Positions 1 through 9,424 of a stretch of 64,000 bases of DNA are shown here, one piece after another. The notes beneath the pieces are model-generated. The model did no database searches, was not told the DNA's origin, and worked only from the letters and a program-made list of their open reading frames with translations. The first letter of the stretch is position 1; every line of letters starts with the position of its first letter. Source of the stretch: an uncultured archaeon (GTDB taxonomy: Archaea; Nanobdellota; Nanobdellia; Woesearchaeales; UBA9642); assembly GCA_963777125.1 (NCBI GenBank), contig CAVZPN010000024.1:6596-70595 (forward strand), in the 5' to 3' direction. The position numbers and the translations under genes were made by a program.

Positions 1-421
1 TTATAGTCATTAATCTGTCGTCAAAATAATTTATATATTTCTCCATTAAAGAATCCCAAAATTCATGAATTTCTGCAATAGTTTTTACAATAACAAACAT
101 ACCTAAATTATATGCTACATCCATTGATGCAATCCAAGTAACATTAGACAAAGATTTTAAATAATTAATTATCTCTTCCTCTTTTTTAGGAGTAGTATTT
201 TGTAAATTTAAATATATTCGAAAGCCCATAAATCCTAATTTTCCTATATCTATTAGTGTGTGAAATCCTTTTATTATACCTACCTTTTTCATTAAGTTAA
301 TTCTATATCTAACACTATTCTTACTCAAATTTACTTTACGACCAATTTGATTAAATGATTGACGACAATTCTTATCTAATTCATATAATATTTTCTTATT
401 TTGTTTATCTAATTTATACAT
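1..421 (-). CDS. Lrp/AsnC-family transcriptional regulator, N-terminal part only; ATG at 419-421 and C-terminus beyond the window start
   Basis: Manual minus-strand translation from 421 gives MYKLDKQNKKILYELDKNCRQSFNQIGRKVNLSKNSVRYRINLMKKVGIIKGFHTLIDIGKLGF. This is an HTH_AsnC-type winged helix followed by the start of a RAM domain, similar to the N-terminus of the 41392..42393 protein. There is no in-frame stop before position 1. It is not in the ORF track because it is open-ended. Confidence 0.55.
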   Translation of the reverse strand, partial: MYKLDKQNKKILYELDKNCRQSFNQIGRKVNLSKNSVRYRINLMKKVGIIKGFHTLIDIGKLGFMGFRIYLNLQNTTPKKEEEIINYLKSLSNVTWIASMDVAYNLGMFVIVKTIAEIHEFWDSLMEKYINYFDDRLMTI

Positions 422-587
422 TTTTAATACAAAGTAGTACTTTTATATAAAAATATTACTATTTTGACCTAAAATAAACCAATAACATAGTTATATATGA
501 TACACCATACCAACAATAATAAAAGTATAACAAAAGCGATCTAAACAAATAAGATCTGGGCAAATAAGAATAAAGTATAGAAATTCA

Positions 588-971
588 GTGGGGATTGATT
601 TGATGAATACAAATAAAAGTTTAAGAAATATTATTCTAGCAGCAGGATTTGTAGGTGCATTAGGAGCAATGAACAGCTGTACACCTTATAGTAATGACTA
701 TAATAAACCTTTAGAAAAAAATATCATTCCTAAAAATATTAGCTTAAGTGTTAATCAGCACACCAGAGTAGAATACAAAGGAAGAATGTATAATTTAAAA
801 TATAATGGAATGCCTTCAGAGATAGCATTTTCAGTATCAAGAGAATCAAACAACGATGTAAATACATATTTTCCTTCAAAAACTAAAGAATTCAAATTTA
901 ACGGAGCAAAGTATGAATTAATATCAGTAACACCTGACACATTAAAAGTTAAATACTTACCAGGCAAATAA
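588..971 (+). CDS. small secreted or lipoprotein-like hypothetical protein
   Basis: N-terminal hydrophobic segment IILAAGFVGALGAMNSC resembles a signal peptide with a Cys. There is no recognisable domain. Confidence 0.4.
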   Translation: MGIDLMNTNKSLRNIILAAGFVGALGAMNSCTPYSNDYNKPLEKNIIPKNISLSVNQHTRVEYKGRMYNLKYNGMPSEIAFSVSRESNNDVNTYFPSKTKEFKFNGAKYELISVTPDTLKVKYLPGK

Positions 972-995
972 ATTTATTTTCTTTTTTTAATTTTT

Positions 996-1018
996 AAAAA
1001 TAAGATATAATCAACTTA
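996..1018 (+). promoter_or_regulatory. promoter-like motif (A-rich BRE/TATA-like AAGATATAATCAACTTA) upstream of 1055..1507
   Basis: Shares aaataagatataatcRactta with the element at 1553..1575. Confidence 0.35.
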
Positions 1019-1054
1019 TTGAAAACAATATTAACAAAATAAAAAATATGCGAA

Positions 1055-1507
1055 GTGAAAACAATGGATGATGGTTTGGAAAAAACAATTTTGAAAACAG
1101 AAACGAAAAATGAAAAAACAACTGATAGAGCTTTTAGAAAAATGTCAAGAGATATTAAATTAACAATAACTACTTTATGTGCATTTGCATACACTAGCTG
1201 CGATACACCTAGCGATAATGGTTGGGGTACTGGAAGCGACGGTAATACTTACAAAGAAGTAAAAGCCGATTCAATAGTACATAGAAGTGGTTCAACATTT
1301 TTTTATTATGGTGGAAGACCTTACATGTATGGTTCAGCTCATACCGATGGAACAGTATTTCATCCCTCAGAAAGTGGCAAAGGAGGATACTTCACAAAAC
1401 CTGGAGTTAGTGTGACTTCACATCCTAACGCCGTACGATCAAACAATATTACACGAGGAGGATTTGGAACTACTGGCAAAGGATTTGGAACTTCAGGCGG
1501 AGGATAA
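1055..1507 (+). CDS. hypothetical Gly-rich small protein with an internal hydrophobic segment
   Basis: ORF with a promoter-like motif about 40 bp upstream. C-terminus has GGFGTTGKGFGTSGGG low complexity. It could be spurious. Confidence 0.3.
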   Translation: MKTMDDGLEKTILKTETKNEKTTDRAFRKMSRDIKLTITTLCAFAYTSCDTPSDNGWGTGSDGNTYKEVKADSIVHRSGSTFFYYGGRPYMYGSAHTDGTVFHPSESGKGGYFTKPGVSVTSHPNAVRSNNITRGGFGTTGKGFGTSGGG

Positions 1508-1552
1508 TTTTAATTTACAAAATTAAATATATCTTTTAAAAATATTTTTTTA

Positions 1553-1590
1553 TAAAAAAATAAGATATAATCGACTTAGCGAGAGCTATG
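1553..1590 (+). promoter_or_regulatory. promoter-like motif plus TAGC-GAGA-GCTA dyad upstream of SPFH operon
   Basis: aaataagatataatcgacttagcgagagctat. The dyad TAGC-N4-GCTA is at 1577..1588 and is repeated at 3943..3954. Confidence 0.35.
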
Positions 1591-1694
1591 GAAGCAAATA
1601 TACGTCGATAAAATAGGGGGTTAAGTAGGTATAGAATTTAGAAAAAGGCGAAATTAGCCAAATAATATTTGTATAAAAATAATATAATAGGAGA

Positions 1695-2825
1695 GTGAAT
1701 AACATGTATAGAGGAGAAAATAGATACGAAGATAGAGATGAAGATAAAGATGAATCTATGGCAAATAATATTCAAAATATTAAGCCATTAATGGCTAAGT
1801 ATAAAAATAAGATAATAACTTGGGGTGCAGGAATTGTTGGAGGAGCAGCATTATTACTTAATACAATATATATCGTTCCTGGAGGAAGTGAAGGTGTTGT
1901 AAAAACATTCGGAAAATATACTAGTACATCACAAGAAGGACCGCACTTAAAAATTCCTATTGCGCAAACAGTAACAGTAGTTAATACAGATAAAGTATAC
2001 GAAGAAACATTTGGATATAGACAAAAAAATCCAGGCATAAAATCAGAATATATCGGTGTAGAGGATATTGAAGCCGATAAAGTTGACGAAGGAACACTAA
2101 AAGAAATCATTAAAGCTGAAGGATATACTGTCGGAGATAATCTTAAACAGCAAGCAATAGATATTCTAAAAGATGAGTATCTGATGTTAACAGGAGATTT
2201 AAACATGGCAGAAGTAGAGTACTCAGTACAATATAAAATTGTCGACCCTGTTGCATATTTATTTAATGTGAAAGATATTCGTAAACTAATCAGAGATTAC
2301 GTTCCATCTTGCACTAAAACAATAATAGGAGATGTTAGCATCGATGAAACATTAACAGTTGGAAGAAATATGATTGGACAAAATGCAAAGAAAAAAATAA
2401 ATGAGAATCTAGACTATAATCAAAGCGGAATACAAGTAATTGTATATAAATTACAATCCACTAATCCGCCTAAAGAAGTAAGACCATCATTTAGAAGTGT
2501 TAATGATGCAATAGCTGACAAACAAACCAAAATAAATGTAGCAAAAGGAACATACAATGAGCTAATTTCAAAGGCGCAAGGTACAGCAGATCAAATGATA
2601 AGTGAAGCAGAAGGATATGCAATGAAACAAATTAATATTGCTCAAGGTGATGTTAATTTATTTAGACCAGTATACGATGAATTTAGAAAAAATCCTGAAA
2701 TTACTACATCAAGAATAGTTATGGAAACCTTAGAAGAAATGATGAAAGGAACAAAAAATACTGTTGATTTAACAAAACAAGGTAACGGGTTATTACTAAA
2801 ACAATTACCTATAGGAGGAAATTAA
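1695..2825 (+). CDS. SPFH/band-7 (stomatin/prohibitin) family membrane protein, HflK-like
   Basis: N-terminal TM segment. SPFH-like core (IYIVPGGSEGVVKTFGKY...). C-terminal coiled region typical of HflK. Ends 1 nt before the next SPFH gene. Confidence 0.7.
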   Translation: MNNMYRGENRYEDRDEDKDESMANNIQNIKPLMAKYKNKIITWGAGIVGGAALLLNTIYIVPGGSEGVVKTFGKYTSTSQEGPHLKIPIAQTVTVVNTDKVYEETFGYRQKNPGIKSEYIGVEDIEADKVDEGTLKEIIKAEGYTVGDNLKQQAIDILKDEYLMLTGDLNMAEVEYSVQYKIVDPVAYLFNVKDIRKLIRDYVPSCTKTIIGDVSIDETLTVGRNMIGQNAKKKINENLDYNQSGIQVIVYKLQSTNPPKEVRPSFRSVNDAIADKQTKINVAKGTYNELISKAQGTADQMISEAEGYAMKQINIAQGDVNLFRPVYDEFRKNPEITTSRIVMETLEEMMKGTKNTVDLTKQGNGLLLKQLPIGGN

Positions 2826-2826
2826 A

Positions 2827-3864
2827 ATGAATAAGACAATAAAAAATATAGCACTATGGGCAGGAATTGGACTTGGAACAATTGGTGTATTAAAATCGTT
2901 CTATATTGTAGATCAAACAGAACAAGCAGTAGTTAGTACATTTCAAAAAAGAACAGGAGTAGTATTAAATATTCCTCAAGCAGATGAAACTAAAAAACAA
3001 ACGGAATTAAAACAGATTACTGCAGACATAGAAAAGTTTTGTACAGACAATAAAAAAGAAATGCCTACAATTAAAGAAGGTGCTGGTCTCTATTTCAAAC
3101 TACCTTGGCAATCAGTAACATATTTTGATAATAGATTACTTGCATGGGATGGTTATCCTGAGGAAATAACAACTAAAGATAAAAGATTCCTTAGTACAAC
3201 AGCAACTGCAAGATGGAGAATAAATAATCCTTACATCTATATGACTCAAGTAAAAACAGAAAGTGCCGGACATAGCAAATTAGACAATAACATAGACGGC
3301 ATTGTACGTGATCAAATAAGTATGCGTGATGCAACTGAATCTATAAGATCAAGCAACAGAAAAATGGAAGTTACAGATAAAGATCTTGAAGAAACCATCA
3401 ATGTCGGCGAAATACATGTTGGTCGAGAAGGAATTAGAGACACAATAAAATATGAATCAAAAAAACAATGTGCACAATTCGGAATCGATGTACATGATTT
3501 CCAAATAGTCGGAATAATATATGTAGGAGAAACTAGAACAAAAATAGAAAATAAAATGAAATCAGAAAGAGATAGAGTTGCAAAAAAATATTTATCTGAA
3601 GGTGTTGGAGAAGCAAATAAAATCTTAGGACAAATGAATAGAGCTAATGATAGCATAATGTCCGCTGGAGAAAAAATTGCTAAAACCATCAGAGGCGCTG
3701 CAGAAGGAGAAAAAACAAAGATTTATGCAGAGGGATATAGAGTAAATAAAGACTTTTACGAACTTACAAAGAAATCTGAAATCCTAAAAAGTGTGCCAAT
3801 TGAAAGAATGATATTGGATAAAGATAATCCAATTATTCAACCATTTGTAGGTTATCAAAAATAA
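2827..3864 (+). CDS. SPFH/band-7 family membrane protein, HflC-like
   Basis: N-terminal TM segment followed by FYIVDQTEQAVVSTFQKRTG, matching the HflC-type start of the SPFH domain. Tandem with the preceding SPFH gene. Confidence 0.7.
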   Translation: MNKTIKNIALWAGIGLGTIGVLKSFYIVDQTEQAVVSTFQKRTGVVLNIPQADETKKQTELKQITADIEKFCTDNKKEMPTIKEGAGLYFKLPWQSVTYFDNRLLAWDGYPEEITTKDKRFLSTTATARWRINNPYIYMTQVKTESAGHSKLDNNIDGIVRDQISMRDATESIRSSNRKMEVTDKDLEETINVGEIHVGREGIRDTIKYESKKQCAQFGIDVHDFQIVGIIYVGETRTKIENKMKSERDRVAKKYLSEGVGEANKILGQMNRANDSIMSAGEKIAKTIRGAAEGEKTKIYAEGYRVNKDFYELTKKSEILKSVPIERMILDKDNPIIQPFVGYQK

Positions 3865-3919
3865 ATCGTAACTTACAAATACAAAAAAAGCAACACTATT
3901 ATTTTCTTTTTTTACTTTT

Positions 3920-3955
3920 TTTAGAATAGATACGCGATTATTTAGCGTGAGCTAT
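3920..3955 (+). promoter_or_regulatory. promoter-like motif plus TAGC-GTGA-GCTA dyad upstream of 3990..4595
   Basis: tagaatagatacgcgattatttagcgtgagctat, related to the 1553..1590 element. Confidence 0.35.
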
Positions 3956-3989
3956 AAAATTAATGATTAAAGATTAAGAGGAAATTAAA

Positions 3990-4595
3990 ATGAATACAAT
4001 AAGTAAAATAATCACATATGGTGCACTCGCAACCACTTTAATTACAACAGGAATTACTACATCAGAATATGCAGATCTTCCTATGCCATTTACAGAAAAA
4101 ACAGAAATGGGAAGAACTAAAAATAGTATAGCGGCAGTAATTTCCGGAACTATCGCAAAGGAAATTTACCCGAAATCCGAAGTAAATTTAGAAATACAAA
4201 AAACGTTTTGGCCAAATGCGCACGTAACAGGATATACAACAGAAAATACTATTGCAACAGATGTTAACGACTTAGCATTTACAAGCGTACATTATAAAGC
4301 AGAAAAAAATCCTCAAGGAAATCTTAATGGACTAGTTCAAAAATCAGAATTTGATTGGGATGTTAATCAAACAGCTATAAATAAATACCATATTCACAGA
4401 TTATTATTCAAATTTGATTCGGATTTAGAATTAAAAGCACAAGATGGAAAAATAACTGGAACGTATTTTAGACATGGCCCAGCATTTAATTGGTCGATAA
4501 ATGGAAATTACGACGCTAGTGGCAATATTAAAGTACATGTAAATGTTCCGGCAGGATTAGACTTTACTTTAGAAGGTAAAATTATAGCTAAATAA
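3990..4595 (+). CDS. secreted hypothetical protein
   Basis: Signal-peptide-like N-terminus (IITYGALATTLITTGITTSEYA). Upstream carries a promoter motif and a TAGC-N4-GCTA dyad shared with the SPFH operon. Confidence 0.45.
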   Translation: MNTISKIITYGALATTLITTGITTSEYADLPMPFTEKTEMGRTKNSIAAVISGTIAKEIYPKSEVNLEIQKTFWPNAHVTGYTTENTIATDVNDLAFTSVHYKAEKNPQGNLNGLVQKSEFDWDVNQTAINKYHIHRLLFKFDSDLELKAQDGKITGTYFRHGPAFNWSINGNYDASGNIKVHVNVPAGLDFTLEGKIIAK

Positions 4596-4637
4596 TTCCA
4601 AATAACAAAATAAACTTAAATAACTAATTTTATTTTT

Positions 4638-4874
4638 TTACTTTTTATACATAATATTCATGAATGACTCATATTTTTGAAGTGTTGTATATTCAACATC
4701 TTTAGCTATGAAAGTATGATCTGCTTTTTGCATATCTCCAATAAATTCCACTAATTTCTCATTGTTTAATATTATTACTGTACCATCATGCTCTCCACCG
4801 CCAATATGTAAGGTAGTATGATTATTTAATGCGTGAAGCACTGTTATTGTGTGTTTTGTCATTTTAGCCTCCAA
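4638..4874 (-). CDS. small hypothetical protein
   Basis: 78 aa ORF with no recognisable motif. Confidence 0.3.
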   Translation of the reverse strand: MEAKMTKHTITVLHALNNHTTLHIGGGEHDGTVIILNNEKLVEFIGDMQKADHTFIAKDVEYTTLQKYESFMNIMYKK

Positions 4875-4983
4875 AAATATCTATTTTTTTAAATTAACTA
4901 ATATAGTTATATATTTTATGTTTTATTTTAATATTCTGATTAAATTATTTACTTTAATAAAGCTATTTCAACTTACATTCTTC

Positions 4984-6726
4984 TCATTTAGATACTTTGT
5001 CTTTAAAATCTGCCTTAGAAAATATTGCTTCAATCCCGAAGTTTTTACAAGCAAGCTCATATTTTTCTAAAAATAAATGTGGTGGCGTTAAAGATAACTT
5101 CTGAATAAAATTATTTATAATAGTAGAAACTTTATCATTATCAGCGGCCAAAACATAAGTTGTGCCTGATAATAAATCAGCTATCATATCATTAGATAAA
5201 ATATTTGAAAATTGAATGTTAGTTTTAGAGCGATAACTTTTCTTAGTATATGAAAATTGTCCACGAGTAGAATCTAAAAAAATCATCGTAATCATCATCG
5301 TTCCAATACGATGCAATATTCCTTTATCATAAGAATCAGTAACACTAGTAGATGAGATATCTTTATCATTTACTAATTTCACAAAATCCGTATTATTTGA
5401 TGAAGTAGAGATAAAAGAATAAGTTAATTCTATTGTAGAATAAGAGCCTGTAGTATTAATTACAGTAAATAATTTAGATATTGTGGCAAAACCTTCTGCT
5501 CTACAATGAAATAATATTTGTGCCAATAATTTAGTTCTAAGTGAAGGATCTTTTCCAGAAATCTTCACAGCAACACTACTTAAATCATCCTTATTTACCA
5601 AATAATTCTTTGAAGCAGCAACTAAAATATCTTTAGAACGATTATTGAGCATATAATCTTTTGAATGAAATAACTCATGTAAAATAGTCTTATAAGTATT
5701 ACTATCTTCAGATAATATTAATTGATTAAATTCTAATACTCTTAATAATTCTGGAGTTAAAATTATCTGTATAAATATTTCTTTAAAATCAGATTTATCT
5801 TCATAAGAACCTAACCAATTAGTATCGTAATTTAATTCTATATTTATTCTTTTAACATCAGCTTTAACATTTCCTAAATTACTTTCTAAAACTTTTAAAA
5901 ACGTATTTTTTAATATTTCTAAAGATCTTCTCTCCATTTGTCTTGCAGTCATATTTTTTATTATTAACAAATCTTTCTCTTCATTTTTACACTGTTTTAA
6001 AAATAAATTACAATCGGCCCTAATATACTCTTCCAAAATTCTTGTTTCTTCTCCAAATGAAAATTTAAATTGTGTTTTAGAAAAATCTATCTTATTAGTG
6101 AAACGTAATAATACGCGACTATTATTCAATTCTTTCCATAGATCTATTTTGTATATATAAGAAAACCCTAAAATATCAGAAACCTTTTTTTCGGATTTGG
6201 ATTCTTTTATAATTTTAATATCATTATTAATTCTAATTAAAATATCTTCCAAAAAAGCATTCATATCTGCGTGATTACGAATAAGAGCACTTACTTTATT
6301 AGTGAAATTAATGTACAAATTAACGTCATATAATCCTAAACTACGAACTAGTATAATAACAAAAGTGTGATTATTTACAAAATTAAATGCTTCATCTATA
6401 TCATTAATTAAAGCAGTAATATTAGAGCTTAATTCTTCTATAATATGCAAAATTATATCCTTTTTTGCAAGATCAACACTTTTTTGTAAGTTATCTGTTT
6501 TATAGATTATTTCATTCATAGAATTCTTCAAAGAAACAATATTACCGCTATTTAATTCTATTAAACGTGTTTTCTGCTCTAATAAATTAGCACTAACTTC
6601 TAACTTTTTTATAATATTTTCTAATTCTTCATAAAAAGATATTATTGAATATAATTCTAAAATAAACTTTTTATTAAAAGGTATTACTTTAGATTCAACA
6701 AATAAAACGTCTTTATATATGCCCAT
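4984..6726 (-). CDS. large hypothetical protein (580 aa), predicted helical or coiled-coil
   Basis: Long uninterrupted ORF with no recognisable catalytic motif. Confidence 0.5.
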   Translation of the reverse strand: MGIYKDVLFVESKVIPFNKKFILELYSIISFYEELENIIKKLEVSANLLEQKTRLIELNSGNIVSLKNSMNEIIYKTDNLQKSVDLAKKDIILHIIEELSSNITALINDIDEAFNFVNNHTFVIILVRSLGLYDVNLYINFTNKVSALIRNHADMNAFLEDILIRINNDIKIIKESKSEKKVSDILGFSYIYKIDLWKELNNSRVLLRFTNKIDFSKTQFKFSFGEETRILEEYIRADCNLFLKQCKNEEKDLLIIKNMTARQMERRSLEILKNTFLKVLESNLGNVKADVKRINIELNYDTNWLGSYEDKSDFKEIFIQIILTPELLRVLEFNQLILSEDSNTYKTILHELFHSKDYMLNNRSKDILVAASKNYLVNKDDLSSVAVKISGKDPSLRTKLLAQILFHCRAEGFATISKLFTVINTTGSYSTIELTYSFISTSSNNTDFVKLVNDKDISSTSVTDSYDKGILHRIGTMMITMIFLDSTRGQFSYTKKSYRSKTNIQFSNILSNDMIADLLSGTTYVLAADNDKVSTIINNFIQKLSLTPPHLFLEKYELACKNFGIEAIFSKADFKDKVSK

Positions 6727-6793
6727 AGTAAATAATACAAATGAGAGTTTATAAAATTTAAGATTATAATACTAAAATATCATTAAAACAAAT

Positions 6794-7426
6794 TTAAAAT
6801 TCGTACTTTAAATGGTAAGCATCATTCCATTTAACCAAATTTAATTGCTTACCATCATAATTAAATTCGCTTATTGAAGTATTTTCGAGTACTAATTTGT
6901 AAGTATATTTTGGATCAGAATTAAGTATACCTCGAAGAGCACACTTAAATGCTACGCCATGACCAAATATTACAACATTATCGTAATTTTTAGATAAAAT
7001 ATCTTCGTAAATATATTTTAACATTCTTTCTTCAACTTGTTTTTGTGATTCGCCGTTTGGCGCAGAAAAATTCCAAGGATCAGAATCAATTAATTTCATA
7101 GTCTCATTATTATATATTTCTTCTCGATGTTTACCTGTCCAATCTCCTTGATCTAGTTCTAATAATTTATCAGATAATACTATATCTTCTAAAGTATATC
7201 CTATTTTAGCTAAAGAAATTTTAGCAGTATCAATTGCGCGAATAGCAGTAGATGAATAAACCTTATCAAATTGTAATTTTTCTTTTAATAGATATTTACC
7301 TAATAATTCAGCTTGATTTTTACCATATTCAGTTAGTGGAGTGTAATTAGATTGTCCGCCAATTAAATGCCTATAATTAAGATTAATATCGCTTTCTCCG
7401 TGTCTAATAAAATATACTCTAGTCAC
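6794..7426 (-). CDS. histidine phosphatase superfamily protein (phosphoglycerate mutase-like)
   Basis: N-terminal RHGESDIN motif, which is the catalytic RHG signature. Size about 210 aa. Overlaps the next gene by 8 nt. Confidence 0.75.
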   Translation of the reverse strand: MTRVYFIRHGESDINLNYRHLIGGQSNYTPLTEYGKNQAELLGKYLLKEKLQFDKVYSSTAIRAIDTAKISLAKIGYTLEDIVLSDKLLELDQGDWTGKHREEIYNNETMKLIDSDPWNFSAPNGESQKQVEERMLKYIYEDILSKNYDNVVIFGHGVAFKCALRGILNSDPKYTYKLVLENTSISEFNYDGKQLNLVKWNDAYHLKYEF

Positions 7427-8144
7427 AATTACACCCTTTCATTTTAATATTAGTATACATTAATTTAATAATTTTCTCTAATTCTATCGATTGCTGTATC
7501 GCGTCTTCTAACGCATTATGTGTCAAATCATTTTCTTTTCTTAAATTCAACTCTTTTATTGATGCATTCAAATTATTTGTGAAACCTTTGTAAAAAGAAC
7601 CTATATCAATACCCGAATGACCTAAAGGGTTATAATTAAGAAAATTATGAAAATACCATGAAGTAAACATACCATCAAACTTTATTGGCGCAGCAACTTC
7701 AACAACATTACGATTATGACTAACATCAATTATCCAATCAGAAAAATCTTTCATAGCTTCTTTTGGAGAGATACATGTAGCATGCATAAAATCCAATACT
7801 TGTTTTGGTTGAAAATTAGTATGCTTAGGATTATATAAATTATAATTAATATCATTTTTATAAGATTTTAAACAATTAAGTCCGAGACATGCAATCTTCA
7901 TAGCCTCAAGTTCATATGACGTATTTAATGGTTTTAATTCTCTATAAAAACATGGACGTTCGTTTGAAACATAAATTCCTGCAACTGTTGCGCCAATTGA
8001 AATCATAGAATAAGGTCCTGGAATTGGACCTGTTGTTTCAACATCTATAGAAATATAACAATTCTTTTCAAAAATATTTTTTTCAAAAACATATAATGAC
8101 CTATCCGAATTATTATCAAATATATTTTCTGATATTCTTGACAT
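7419..8144 (-). CDS. DEDDh-type 3'-5' exonuclease (DnaQ/RNase T-like)
   Basis: Exo I motif ISIDVETTGP near the N-terminus and exo III motif HNALEDA near the C-terminus. Confidence 0.7.
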   Translation of the reverse strand: MSRISENIFDNNSDRSLYVFEKNIFEKNCYISIDVETTGPIPGPYSMISIGATVAGIYVSNERPCFYRELKPLNTSYELEAMKIACLGLNCLKSYKNDINYNLYNPKHTNFQPKQVLDFMHATCISPKEAMKDFSDWIIDVSHNRNVVEVAAPIKFDGMFTSWYFHNFLNYNPLGHSGIDIGSFYKGFTNNLNASIKELNLRKENDLTHNALEDAIQQSIELEKIIKLMYTNIKMKGCNCD

Positions 8145-8207
8145 ATTATACCTCCATAAATTAAATTTAATAAAAATTACTTAAATAGCATCAATCAAAA
8201 AATATTC

Positions 8208-8519
8208 TTAATCAATTTTCAAATCACCTGATTTAACATAATTACTTATATCAAAAATTCTTAAACCATATTCTCTTTTCTCTATATGGGAATACAAATT
8301 ACCACTTACTAAAACTAGTTTCGAACCAATTGGTCTTGAATATTCATCTGGTGTTTCATCAGGCATATTATCCCAATAATTTTTAATATATTTATCTGCG
8401 TCAGTAGATGTTAAATGTAATGAATATCCGTCAGGTCTTGTTCCCCAATCTCTCTCTGATTCTTCCCATTCGACTAATAAAATATTTTTTAAAACCTTAT
8501 CTAATGTCATTTTCATCAC
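8208..8519 (-). CDS. small hypothetical protein
   Basis: 103 aa ORF lying between the exonuclease and the IMPase-family gene in the same orientation. Confidence 0.4.
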   Translation of the reverse strand: MMKMTLDKVLKNILLVEWEESERDWGTRPDGYSLHLTSTDADKYIKNYWDNMPDETPDEYSRPIGSKLVLVSGNLYSHIEKREYGLRIFDISNYVKSGDLKID

Positions 8520-8528
8520 CTTATGCCT

Positions 8529-9341
8529 TTATGCTAATATAGTGTCAATTATTTTAGTGTGTTTTTTATTTATAGCAATCAATCCATTAAAGGGATTTTT
8601 ATAATCAAAAGGATTATTATCTATGTCTGTAATGTATAATCCTGCTTGTTTCATAATAAAGTATCCTGCAGCTATATCACACATATCTGTAGCACTCTGT
8701 TTTTTAGATTTCATTATGAGTCCATCATAACTTCCGGCTGCTAATTGCGCAGCGCTTAAAGCAATTGATCCTACAGGAGTTCTTACATTTACGTTATTTT
8801 CAAGTCGCGATAAATACTTGTCAGCATTATTAAATGCTATTGTTGGAACAGATAAGGGAAAGTCTATAGAGGGTAATTTTTTAGATTTATCCCATGTACT
8901 TCGTTTAATGTATGCTCCTTCATTAGTTGCGTAATACATTATGTCCTTCATAAAATCGTAGACTACGCCTACAACTAATTCGTTATTTCTCTCGAGAGCA
9001 ACACTAATACTAGTCATAAATTCGCCTCTACAATAAGATTTTGTACCATCAATTGGATCAACGTATACAGTTATGTTTGCATTTTTATTATTCATACCAT
9101 ATTCTTCACCAATTATATTTGCAGAAACTTCTTTAAGTATGTCGCTTCGTATCATTTGCTCAGCAGTTTTATCTAGATTAGTTACAGGATCATCAAGTCT
9201 CTTCCACTCGAGTGATTCTATATTAAACGCATTTTCATTTAGAAATTTCCCTGTTCTAAGACAAGTGTTTATAATTAGCTGTTCTAATTCTTTGTTTGTT
9301 TGTTTTTCGTTTGGTTTCATAACCTTAATAAACCTAAACAA
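8529..9341 (-). CDS. inositol monophosphatase / FBPase family phosphatase
   Basis: Metal-binding motifs EEYG and VYVDPIDGTKSY (DPIDGT) characteristic of the IMPase fold. Confidence 0.75.
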   Translation of the reverse strand: MFRFIKVMKPNEKQTNKELEQLIINTCLRTGKFLNENAFNIESLEWKRLDDPVTNLDKTAEQMIRSDILKEVSANIIGEEYGMNNKNANITVYVDPIDGTKSYCRGEFMTSISVALERNNELVVGVVYDFMKDIMYYATNEGAYIKRSTWDKSKKLPSIDFPLSVPTIAFNNADKYLSRLENNVNVRTPVGSIALSAAQLAAGSYDGLIMKSKKQSATDMCDIAAGYFIMKQAGLYITDIDNNPFDYKNPFNGLIAINKKHTKIIDTILA

Positions 9342-9390
9342 ATATAAATATATATCTTATATAAGTTATATAAGTTATATAACCTTAAAC
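9321..9390. repeat. AACCTTAA direct repeats flanking a TATATAAGT tandem repeat in a divergent promoter region
   Basis: aaccttaata...tatataagttatataagttatataaccttaaac, between the IMPase-like gene (minus) and the phoU-like gene (plus). Confidence 0.4.
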
Positions 9391-9424
9391 TTTTAATCAT
9401 AAAAAAATAATATAGAGAACTAAC

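Noticed and set aside
755-967. Antisense ORFs in the track (755..967, 994..1194, 1772..2206, 3312..3689, 9073..9396, 9810..10001, 9955..10221, 11341..11538, 14009..14224, 18597..18800, 19453..19638, 22011..22235, 25284..25526, 26191..26394, 29136..29438, 30913..31113, 31183..31422, 33016..33201, 38661..38906, 39780..40256, 41379..41570, 42114..42332, 43796..43993, 45719..46476, 47013..47204, 48840..49022, 49652..49840, 50476..50827, 51990..52292, 54900..55130, 55618..55881, 56281..56499, 57606..57800, 60224..60409)
   Set aside because: They lie opposite or overlapping much longer ORFs with recognisable domains. They are low-complexity (F/L/I/Y-rich) as expected for antisense frames in very AT-rich DNA. 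They have no SD or motif support.
4849-5070. 73 aa F-rich ORF at the 3' end of the 580 aa gene region
   Set aside because: It has low complexity and overlaps the terminus of the minus-strand gene. It is probably not coding.
9340-9395. Tandem repeats as a possible CRISPR array or mobile-element end
   Set aside because: Units are 9-20 nt, AT-only, and few in number. There are no spacers of regular length and no cas genes. They sit in promoter regions.
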